Positions 49,991 to 61,299 of a stretch of DNA of 64,000 bases are shown here, piece after piece. Origin of the DNA: Penicillus capitatus (lineage: Eukaryota > Plantae > Chlorophyta); assembly GCA_965649825.1 (NCBI GenBank), contig OZ287700.1, forward strand, positions 806,001 through 870,000. The letters are read 5' to 3'. The notes under the pieces are model-generated. The model was not told the origin of the DNA and searched no databases. It worked only from the letters and a program-made list of their open reading frames with translations. Every line of letters begins with the position of its first letter. Positions within the stretch are counted from its first letter, which is position 1. The position numbers were made by a program, and so were the translations under genes.

Positions 49991-51699
49991 CGTGGCGCGA
50001 AGAAAGGAAGATGATGGACATTGACGATGCCCTTACCGTATGTACCGTTCGGCCGCTGACCGTTCGGATCATTAAATTCTTCGAAACGCCACGGTCGGCC
50101 TAGTAAAGTTGCCATCGAGCATGTCGCCCTATCGCATTTGGATCGGTAAAGCTGTGTGGGTGGTATTCTTGTGGTGGACGTTTTCACCTCTCCGTTTGAC
50201 GAAGACGTTCGCTAAGAGAGATGAATAGACGAATTAAGCATGCGATGGCGACAGTCGTGTCCTTCGTCTCTCCTGAACACACTTCATTATTTTGACAGAG
50301 ACAGTCAACGGGCAGCGCTGAAATGTCTAAATCTATCTCTTCGCGTTTTGGCTTTGACTTCACGCCCATCGAAACTGACGCATAGATGCGATGTGACGTT
50401 ATATATCTGCAAGAGAGACCACGTTCACGCTTCGGTCTTCCTTCTTCACATCACCAGCTTTGCTTCCTTATTCAGTGAAGTGATTAGGATACGAGCAGAG
50501 ATCGAAGGAGTCTGCAGAGAAGTATGTTGCTTACCCTACAGATCTCAATCCTGACCTGTACGGCACAGACAATGAAGCGGAGACGCATGATCGATGTGGC
50601 AATGCCAAAAGAGGACACCGATGCTGTCCACATCACGCTCTTGCATGTCATCATGACGGACTGAATATCGACAAGCGATGCCGGTGCCTTGGCCACATAA
50701 GCCGAACAGCAGCCAGAACTCTCGACATAACTTTTGCCTTCGCCTCTCTAACCGCTATCTAACTTTTGTTGCCAATAGCGCCGGCAACTCGAGTGGAAGG
50801 CGGCAGCTTTGACAGGTAAGTTTCGACCTTCTTCATCTGTCATTATCGACACCACTTAGGCCGTGATGATCACAGTCGATGCAGACGGCATAAATGGATG
50901 ACTGTAGATGTCTGAACCGATGCCGACTCGTTGCAGAGAGTGCTCCTAAGAATCAAGATTTGAGCCTGAGGTGCTGCTGTACAGATGCCCAGATCTCAAT
51001 TGTAAAGTGAACGGCAGGAGGATGGCCGCGTCATACATCATCTCAGCGAATGCTCAGTTTTTTAAGATTCTCGAGGCATGGTATCCGAGCATCAGTTGAT
51101 CGTCCATAGGAGCTTGATATTAACAATTACAGTCTCATCACGGTTTACGCAGCATTTGCATGGTTCAAATCACACACGCACATCCATCACTGTCTTCATT
51201 CTGCAGTCGATTAAAGCACTGTCAATCTGGCATCACACGTTAACAGGGTTCTAATATCCTTAAAGGCGGGGCTCTTGACACGAGCCCATAACAAGTCCAT
51301 TCCCTATAGTCTCATATTTCGTCAACGGCGTGAATACCATTGTTTGTCTGTGTCCTCTTTCGTATCTGACGTTCGCATACACCAGATTCCAATCAGCAAT
51401 GGACTAAAATACAAAGGAACAAGGGAAGTCGCATCATGCGAGGTCCATCCACGAGACCGGATTGACAAGAACTCGAACACACGTATTGCGAAAGAGGCCG
51501 CCGCAGACGAGCTCGTCACGACCGGCGGCGCTGGCGGCGACTTCTATCGCCCTAAAAGCAAAAACGGCGAATGCGTCGCTTGATTGTTCGCAACGACACT
51601 CTCTTCGAAGCACCGCCAGAAACCACACATCTTTCGAACGTCACATCAAGAGTGACCGATAAACTACTACACACGCATTCGAATTCGTCATTTGCGGTT

Positions 51700-53467
51700 T
51701 GTTCTTTTGGTTCCTTTGCTTTTGCGCTCTTTTGCGAAGAGATCATGGACAAGCTCAACGAAGTGATGCAAGCGACATCGCTTTGGAACGTCTTGCGCAC
51801 GGCGTCTGCCTGGATTCCGAAGGCAACCGTTTAGTCGTCTCGAATGCCCCAGGCGAACTTGTGTTTGCGCAGGCCCCGGACGGAGTTGCTTCGGCGACGA
51901 GTCCGATGAGAAACAACGCGACGGAGATGGTGAGTCCGTCCCCAATGCGTTCTCGACTGAGCGCGTTCCGCAGATGGAGGCACTCGACTGTGACGGAATG
52001 GTGAATCGCTCGAAGATCGCGGCCGCACACGTCCTCGATGCGACGAAGGACGTTTTGGCGGATCTGCGCAAGCAGATCGCCGACGCCAAGAACGAGCTAG
52101 ATGGCGTCAACGCGGAGCTGGCAGAGAGGAAGGCAGAACTCTCTGCAACGGTAGGTCGCTGCGCCAGAAGCGATCCCCAATGACTCTGGTACTCTGCGTA
52201 GGACATGAAAGTGGCGGATGCGGCCCTTCAGAGGGAGGTCGTGGCGGCGGACTCGGAGTTCCTCGCCTGGAAGAGGAAGGAACTCGAGCCTCAGGTCGAC
52301 GGTCTGCAGAGGGACCGCGAGGCGCTCCAACAGCAAGTAACCCATCTCCGTTACGACTTTTCAGCTTTCTGAGCTTTCTTTCGTGGAGTAGATCATAGAG
52401 TCCAGACTGTACTGCGAGGCAACCAAGGCCGAACTTCACTCTCAAAAGGAGAAGATGCAGATGGTGGCTGCTGATCTGGCCTTAAAGAGCGCAGAACTGG
52501 CCTCTCTCGAGCTGGCCATCGATGAAGCTGCTCGAAAGAAGAAAAACGAACATGAGGCACGTTTCTCTATTCGAAATGATATCCCTGCTGACCGCGGCTG
52601 TGCAGGAGATCGAGATGCTCATGGAGGAAAAGGCCAAGGAAGAACAAAACATGAAGAAATTGAAGACGAACCAAAGAGCCCTATGTGCCGACCTGTTAGA
52701 CATTGAGCTGGACATCCTGGCAAAGGGTGAAGAGTTGGCGGAGTTGAAGAAGCCCCTCAAAGAGGTCTATCAGAAGTGGCAGAGGGGAGAAGCGAAAAAG
52801 CACGGGATGCTCGGGGAATTGGCCAGATGCAAGGCCGAGTGCTCAGCCAAAGAAAGGGAAATCAAAGAGTAAGCCTTCCCTGTTCGACTCCGTATACACC
52901 ATGACTGTGGACGCGCAGGCTGGAAAAGGAGTTGGTCTCGGCGGAGGAATCCAACCTTGCTCTGTTGCTGGAGAGGAGAGACTTGGAGACAGCGCTTAGA
53001 AAACGCACCCCGGAAGAGAAAAGCGAAAGCGAGAAGAAGCTCGCAGAGTACCGGGCCAAGGTCGTCGACTGCTGGGAGCAGATGTCGGAGCTTGGCAACT
53101 CAATGGACGCCTTCTTCATGTTCCTCCGCATCTTTAGCAGACAGATGCACGAGACGGCTGTGGCCTGTCTGTCCGGTGAGTGCTCGACTTTTCTTTCCGA
53201 GATATTTCGCTCATCGATGTCGCACAGAGGATACAAGTGACGAACTCAGGAACATACTAGAGACGATGGCCGCAGAGGTGACTGGGTTCAAGGAGGCAGT
53301 TTACGAACGCAGAGGCCCACACACCACGGTAAGGACATTTCTGCCACATCCGAGTGTCTGAATGTGGTGTTCTCACAGGGAACCGCCATGGCCAAAGCAT
53401 CCAACGAATGCAAGAAGCAGATGGAGTTATTGCGCCAGAAGCTGCAATGCCTCTCCGAGACGGAGTA
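51700..53467 (+). CDS. Long coiled-coil protein of unknown function (multi-exon; 5' end uncertain)
   Basis: Successive E/K/L/A-rich heptad exons joined by introns of about 50 nt, one needing a GC donor. Confidence 0.7.
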
Positions 53468-54199
53468 GGATTGTACAGACTGGATAAATGACGGAGAACA
53501 ATTGGCAGCAGAAGATCGAATAGATTTCTTGGGATGCAAGGGACGGAGCCATTGATCGGCGACAACTCGACGACTTGGGAGGACTAAAGGACTCTTGGAG
53601 GACAGTTACACCAAGAGACATCGATGCGGGTCAGACAAGTGATCCTAGATGGCGCACATATTGGCAAAGAATTTAGAAATGAAAGAGAACTGCGAACTTT
53701 GGGAGGACAACCTAAACATACATAACATTCTCGTTTCAGACATACTCTCGAAATCAGTCTCGTCTACAGATCAGCATTCTTCTCTTGAAAACCATCGCAT
53801 CTACCGGTAACGATGACGATCTGTCGCTCCAGAATGACAAGAACGACACAACAGGCACTGTAGATAAACGCTAAGAGTCAGAACCAGAAGCAGCAAAATT
53901 GATAAGAATTGGTCGTTGTCTGGCGATCCACACAATAGGTTGATCGCGTTAAAGACGCTAGAGAACATCGCCACCCAGCGACTGTTTGAAAACATGATCC
54001 TATGCGAGATCTAAGAAGGATCTTTCATCAACCAATACGATTTCCTGATAGGCAACATGGTTAAGGTAAAGAGCGATTGAGTGGGAAATTCATTCGTCTC
54101 CTCGCGCAGACGAAATGTTCTAAGAGAAACTGAGAAACTGAGAACAGACAGGTTAATGGACCCTGGCGTCCAGAACTCCTGATCGCATTCTCGCAGAGT

Positions 54200-56000
54200 C
54201 TAAGCATGAGTCATGAACTGCGCTTCCTGCGAGGCAACAGAAGATAGTGTCGCTCAATGGAAGATCAAGGAAGAGAGGACGCTTACTTGAGGGGCGTGAT
54301 CAGCTCGATGCAACGGAGGCCAGTGGCATGCATGTTAGGACATGTCCGCATGGGGAGTGTGGGAGAGTTTTGGGAATTTTCGTGGGCCAGATCCTCTCCA
54401 GCATGGCTTTCGGATCCGACGCGCAACGCGGACATGCAGATAGGGGTCCAAAAAGGGACCAAGAGTGGAAAACGAAACAGGTAAAGACAACGACAAGGAA
54501 ACTGATACAGACAGAAGTAGGACATATGGTAAATGTGGAAACAACATGCAAAAGATCAAGTGAAAAGAGCCAATTGGAAGAATAAAGGGGAAAAACAATG
54601 AGAAACGCATACAAGAATGGCAGCGGAGACGTCAAAACCCGATGACAAGCAAGAAGGTAACATACACTATGCGAATGTGCAGGGCAACTGAGCAACGGAA
54701 AGTTAGATCCTCAAAACAGAAGCAAACTCAGTAAAGCAAATTAGGCAAAAAAACAAGACATCGAGAAGACAGGCACGCAGAACTGAGTAGCAAAAAAGAC
54801 TCCGCCGCCAGAACGAAAAAAAGGGCATCCAGGGAAAAGAGATAAAACAGAGAAAACGGCCTGGATGCCGATCCGAAAGCCATCGCCAGAGGGCGGATAA
54901 GGCCACACTCTGGATCTTTGACACTCCCTTACGGATGTCCAGGATGGTAGTCTTCTTTCAAGTCGTGCATACCAATCATCCTCCTGTTGGCATCGATGCC
55001 GTCGAATGCAGACAGGGACTTCTGGATTGGATTACCTCGATAGTCAATGTCAATGAAAGAGACTCTTGTCTTTAGGCCTCTCGTCTGGACATGTCATTCA
55101 CCCCATCTGCAAGAGAAGAGTGAGGTGTATATGTGACATTTGAGTGATTAGAATTATTCACACCTGTGGCAAGCGGCGCCGCACAATGCAACCTGGCAGA
55201 GTACCAGTGACCTCTCCCGAAAAGCAGCCCTGGGAAGAGTGAGAACTCCCAGTGTGATCGGTGCGTCGTATCCAGAATCGTCCTTTTGATTCGCCGCGCT
55301 GCGGACATTCAAATAGGAGGTCCAAAAGGGAACCAAGTACACAAAATGAATGAAAACACACAGACAAAAGAAACAAAAAGAAAAACAGGAGGAACAAGAC
55401 AGAAGAAGCATTACAATGGCACTTGCAAAACATAGTTAAAAAGACATAACAAGGAAAGAAAAGAGCGAAAGTCATGCAATAGGGGGCAACAGAATCGGCG
55501 AGATCCAAAAACTAAACATCCCCACAGAAAAAAAGAAAGCAGACAATGGAGAGACAATGACGGCATGGTGATGGGCATGCACGAATCGGACAGAAAAACA
55601 CAAGAAGGTGCTCGTGCAAGGAAGGACGTATCGAAAAACAGAAAGAAGGCATCGCAGGACGGGGAGTTTACGTAACAGTCAGTGCAAACTCAAAACGAGC
55701 ATCATCGAACATGCAGGAAAACAAAACACATACACACAAGGAGAAAACACAAATGCCGATTCCGTTGCCCAGATCGAAGAAGACGGGCACCCAGGGGAGA
55801 GGAGAGAGAAAAGATAACAGAAGAGACGGCCCTGGATGCCATCCAAAGGACTCTTACCTGAGGTCATCGACCGAATCACGCGGCTGTCCAATGTCACGGT
55901 CTCTGCTCTCCCTGTCGCCCTGCCATCCTCCCTAATGTTGGCGGCTGCCGCTGCCGGGGTGTGGTAGAGTGGATCAATGCTGCAGCTGCGATGCAGGACT
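54200..56000 (-). repeat. Module A, copy 4 (more diverged)
   Basis: Same hairpins, GTAAG donor and 96-nt core (55166-55261). Confidence 0.75.
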
Positions 56001-58600
56001 GAATTGTCTTCTTCAAAAAGCATTGTGTTCTGTCTCGCCAGAAGCATCTTTCACTCTCCGTCTCCAGTTGCGGGCGAGTCCATTTTCTGTGAATGTCAAA
56101 TTTCCCGCCTCAGAAACTGTCTAGTTCTCTTTGAATTCTGCCACCAATCCAATCCACTCTTTGAGCAAAGAAGTGTGAAACATCGCCTGCGTGTTACAAC
56201 TCTAATGAAGAGCCACGGTATCCTTCCTCATCTCAGCCTAATGGCTCTGTGGCCTTGAGCACTGGAGCAGATGTGGCATTCCTTACCGGATAAGGCGCTT
56301 CAATGAAGTAACCATGCTGTCGGCGGTTATTTCTCTCTGCTATGGTAAAAGGAGGACCATCAACTCTTCTTTCAACATGGAAGGGCGGTCGTCGCTCTTC
56401 CGATCCTCCTACAGTCCTGATCTGTGCGTTGAGGATACATCCGCAACCGCTGCCGAGTCTTCAGATTGATGAGCCGCATCTATGCCGCAACTCAGGAATC
56501 CGGCTTGTCCTCTTTCACGGGCACACTTATCTGACCGAGTTAATAGTAGCGCTCCGGAGGAGAGTGATGGAGCACAACCGCATACGCTTCTCTGCAATTG
56601 TGTTGCAGCCATCATCCAGGTTTGGTCTGCAACAGGTAGAGATTGACTTGGTGAACTGGCTGCTGGAATCTCCTCAATCTCTCATCCGAACCGCGTCTTT
56701 CATCGCTTCCACGCTAGGACCTCCTTCTCTGTCAGATTAAGCTCATCTCCTATCTGTCGAGTATTTCATCTCCTTTGGAGGGAGCTTGTTCCTTTTCAAG
56801 GAATCAAACACTCAAGAGGAATGGCAATAACTTGTAGAGATCTGGTTTTGACGTTATCGCTCTCCATAACGCGCTCGTCCACCTCGATCCTTGGCACCAC
56901 ATTGATTCTGTGAGATGTGGGTCATCAAGTGCATAGGCGACAGTGGACATACCTGAAATGAACGCAGACAATCTTTGTCGAGGTCGGACAGGTAAGTCTT
57001 TTGATCCCGTGCAGCTTTCAGACTACTGGCAGACTGATCAACTCCGGAAATCATTTGACCCTGCCATCAGTAAGGCTCCTTCGTTCTGAGGATTTAGCAG
57101 CCATGGCTATGCATTCATCTCTGTAAATCTCTAGAATGCAGAGTCTCCATGTATCGGAATCTGATCCAGGTCATCTTACGAATGAATCGCTGGCAACGGA
57201 CACACTCCAATGTTCGCCTCATGCACCTTATGTTTTGAAATATGATCAAGCCTTTGGGCGCAACATCAGTATCGTTGTCTGTTATTGCGTGAATCTAGGC
57301 GATGCAAGTTGGATCTCTCTTTTCAACCCAAAGTGACATTATCAGCTGCTTGCTGTCTGTCTTGTAAGTCTTGTGCTCTCCCTTTCGACTGTCCACATGT
57401 CCGAGAACTCACAGCACCACAGTTTTTTGAGATGCAAGACTGTCGCTGCTCAAACATCTCCAGTTTCGTCGTGATCAATGCCTCTGTTGTGAATGCATCT
57501 CTTCGTTAGAGACGGCGGTGAACCAAATCCTTATAGAAAAGACTCGATCCAAGGTATCTTCTCTCGACCGAATAGTCTCCGTCGTGCATCCAGGCCACTG
57601 TTGCTACTTCCTTGAAATTGTCTCTTTGAGATGCCTGCCAAATCGACCGTCCAGGAAAGTGAAGCATCTTTAGCTCGCTTTGAGAACTGTGTCGGCGAGT
57701 GCGGGATGCCTAGCGCTAACATACTCATCGACAGTCCTTGATCAGGAAAGAACTCCGTTCGCAGAAACTGATACCCCGATCTAATGTAGACTCCGCCGCT
57801 GATTCAACCGAGCTCAAGCAGGATGAAAGCTGTGGTGCATTTTGCAAGCTCAATTCGACGTGTCCTCTTTTTCTCGGACAACGGATCTTTCTGCAAAACA
57901 GATCGCACTCAGTGCGAAATGTCAAATGAAAGATACTCTTTGGGAACCTTGGATTCGCTGATGAACAGTGAGCATCAAGAAGATGTCCATAAGCCTTACA
58001 GAATGGATTACGAATCCGGATCGTCTGCGCATGAAAACGACTGGGTCCTTTATCTTTAACAGATATGTCTTCGGCCTTGTCCCATTACTGGAATGGCAAT
58101 TACTCTCAGTGTGACATGATGTGCCTTACCAACTCTCTTTGCAATGTCGTTAGATTGCCAATCACTCAATTCAGGAAATCGTCTCTAGGGATTGCAGGAA
58201 CATGATCCAACCCCTCTTAATATCTGTGTACTTTGAAATGAAAATACATTTACCAGTCAGTTGAGAACAAAACTGTACCTTCATGACGGTTGTTAACCTG
58301 ATTCTCACCACATTCATCTCTTGCTGCAAACTCTCCTTCGCTTCTTGGCGTGCCCTTTAACGTGAATTTAGTTTATTGTCTTCGTATTGCAGAAAACCAA
58401 TCTATCATCACATCTACCACCTTACAGAGAAGGCACCTCATCAGCTTCTGCTCCAGAAACAGATTCGGCATGCCATTCGCTGTGCCACACGACAGAATAC
58501 TGTGCTCTGCTCCAGCCACGACACCAGAAACAGATCTATCACTCCTCCCAGAGAAGGGTAGGGACATTTCCCTCGCTCTTTGATCTGTGAGTGAGCCGAT
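56000..58600 (-). pseudogene. Decayed LINE ORF2
   Basis: VDLAG, GREKIPWIESFL and AADNVTL (YADD-like); collinear with 9400-11760. Confidence 0.7.
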
Positions 58601-58820
58601 CCAGCACATGACACAACATCACAGAGTTCCAGATGTCTCAAGACGATGTGCCCCAGATATCAGTCCGTAACATCGTCCATCTCAGGCTGACTATAGAGCA
58701 CCTCGTCGTTTTCTGTTGCAGTAGTGAAGTCCAACATGCAATCTATCACTCTTCTCGACAAACTCCAGAGAACGGAGAACTCCCTCTCGCTTTGAACCAA
58801 AAAGGTCAATCCAGCAGGTC

Positions 58821-59111
58821 ATCCATCCACCACCGGGTCCACCGCATCCATCATCCACCACCGGGTCCACCGCATCCATCATCCACCACCGGGTCCACCG
58901 CATCCATCATCCACCACCGGGTCCACCGCATCCATCATCCACCACCGGGTCCACCGCATCCATCATCCACCACCGGGTCCACCGCATCCATCATCCACCA
59001 CCGGGTCCACCGCATCCATCATCCACCACCGGGTCCACCGCATCCATCATCCACCACCGGGTCCACCGCATCCATCATCCACCACCGGGTCCACCGCATC
59101 CATCATCCACC
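58821..59111. repeat. Perfect 28-bp minisatellite, 10 copies
   Basis: CCACCACCGGGTCCACCGCATCCATCAT; GGGTCC recurs every 28 bp from 58835 to 59087. Confidence 0.97.
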
Positions 59112-59866
59112 TCACGTTGAGGCCGTTGTCGAGCACCTCCTTGTTTACTGCTCCAGACCGATCCAATACAGCATCCACCTTTTCACAGCATATTGCACTC
59201 CCAGCCGACCACTGCTCCATACTCCAGCCAACTTCCAGATACACGAATGACTCCTGATCGTCGTCAGCTGCAGAAAGGGATTGAGTTGGTCATTCATTTT
59301 TGCTGAGAGATAGATATCTGCCGCCCCGCCGCCGCCGCAACTTAAGATTGGTGCCATGATAGTCTCGAAATCTCCATCCCACAGCAAAACTTCATCTTCA
59401 GGGGTCGTCGAAAAAACAGGATCCGATGTATGACAATAAAACAAACGCCTCGCCATCCACCGCCTCAAAGAACTGTCAGAAAATGAAAATCTACCCACCT
59501 CACAGAAAACAATACACGCCAGAAACCACCTCTCCGCCTTGAATAGAGCACGGAGATCAAAACTGGGCATGCAGTCGGATTGAACTCTTTGCTGACTGCC
59601 AGAACATGCCAAAGACATAGAAAACATGCAGTTGCAAAAAACAGCCCCAGTCACTGTCGAATAGACAGGTCATTCTTTTCATATTTTTTTGATTTTTTAA
59701 TTTTTTTTATTTTTTACATCTCACACCTTTGGAAGTGTGAGATGACTATTGTTTTTTTAGTTTTTGATTTTTATTTTTTATTTTCAAAATTAAAAAGAAT
59801 CTATTCATCACACTTTAGAGTGTGAGATTTTTGGATTTTTAAATTTTTACCTCCCCACAGAAAAAT

Positions 59867-60899
59867 CTAATAGAAAAGGGCGGAGGTCGAAAGCCCCTGG
59901 GGAGGCCAGTCCCAACCTATCAGCTGCAAGATACACAAAATTAGTGCTGAGTGGATAAAACTGTCAGAACTCACGCATTGGAGGGTCTGGCAATACATGA
60001 GGGCATCGGTCTGCCTAGCGGCCGATGCCCAGTCCATAGAGGAGCATGGATCGGGAGCGGACTCCCAGTCCATGTCCTCATCACATTCGGGCCCATCGGA
60101 CCCGAATGCGTGGACTTGTGCCTCCGGGGATGGCTGGGACAGCCAGACTGGGAAGCGTGCGGGCGACGAGAATATGGCAGGCCGTGGTGGAAATGGCGGC
60201 GGCTGGCATTGCTGTGGCTGTGGCGGCGGCGGCGGCGGCGGCGGCTGGCATTGCTGTGGCGGCGGCGAGGGAGCAGCCTGTGAACAGAAAAACGTGTCGC
60301 AGAAAGAGCCTAGGAAAAGGATGAAAATCCTACCTTGGCGCCCCCGTTGTTGCAGCCTTGTAACTGGCGTGATGCCAGTCGTTCTTCTCCTTCCTGAGCG
60401 GAAATGCTACGGGGGCACATGCTCGTTGTTTGCCGCCCTGTTTGGCCTGAAGGGTGGCCGAACCGGGAGCATGACTCATCTTCCCTCACCGCCCTTTGTA
60501 CGGGCGTCTTGGCCCTAAGAGCCCGGCACAAAGCCTCTCTTTCCGCACTTGACATGTCCTTAAAGCCATAGAATGTTTCTATGGCTTCTTCCATTCTGTT
60601 TTCAACAAAAAAAGACACAAATAAGTTAGTGAGTGTTCATGGATAAGTCCACAGCTGTAAAGAATGCGCAGGATACGCAGGAAAAGAAAGGCCGTTTGTT
60701 GAATGACAGGGAAACCAGTTCCCTTCCGTATGCGTGCAACAGCCAAATCAGCCGAGGGCTCGCACAGAACGCGTAGGACACGGAAACGCGACGCATGACT
60801 GAGAGAACGTAGTAACGTGTTGCGTTGGCGGCGCAAACGGGACATAGCTTACTTCAGCCATGGATTGCCGTTGCCTGAGTTGTTGCCGTGAGCAGCCAT
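59867..60899 (-). CDS. Gene C, copy 4: intact 4-exon orphan protein
   Basis: MAAHGNNSGNGNPWLK / MEEAIETFYGFKDMSSAEREALCRALRAKTP..GGAK / AAPSPPPQ..MDWESAP..LMYCQTLQ / LIGWDWPPQGLSTSALFY*. Confidence 0.75.
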
Positions 60900-61299
60900 T
60901 GTCTTTGAAGTTCGTCACTGAAGGAAACGTGCGCAAGAGAATGAGAATACGAACAGACTGAACGGGCAAATCAGCTGAAAGCCGCCTCGGTTGCGGGTGA
61001 ACGGTCAGGAGGTGCCTGGCATGGGGTCTCTGGCCGTTGCGTGACGGATGCCAAGACCAACAGGCCAGGGGAGCTGTGTGCAGAAGCACCATGACGCGAA
61101 GAAGTTCGGCTGATGTCGTGCACACATTCAGGCAAACGTCTAGGGAGAATCTGTGGAGGTTTGCTGTCGAGCCGCAGACATCTCTCTCTTCAAGGCCCGT
61201 CTGTTGGACACGCCCTCTGAGCGCGTACCACCGCTCCGAGGAGAGAGTGTTGGTTAACAGTTCGGATTGCCTGGACGAATTCCGGAAGATGACTGGGAG

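Noticed and set aside
50184-50696. Possible F-box-like fragment (LVDIQSVMMTCKS)
   Set aside because: Too short and ambiguous; no coherent gene model could be built
58821-59111. 28-bp repeat array as CRISPR
   Set aside because: Units are head-to-tail with no spacers, there are no cas genes, and the context is eukaryotic
59870-59935. GC-rich CAGCTGATAGGTTGGGACTGGCCTCCCCAGG segment (also 36850-36900) as a ribozyme
   Set aside because: It is the coding last exon of gene C; no complete hammerhead or HDV core was found
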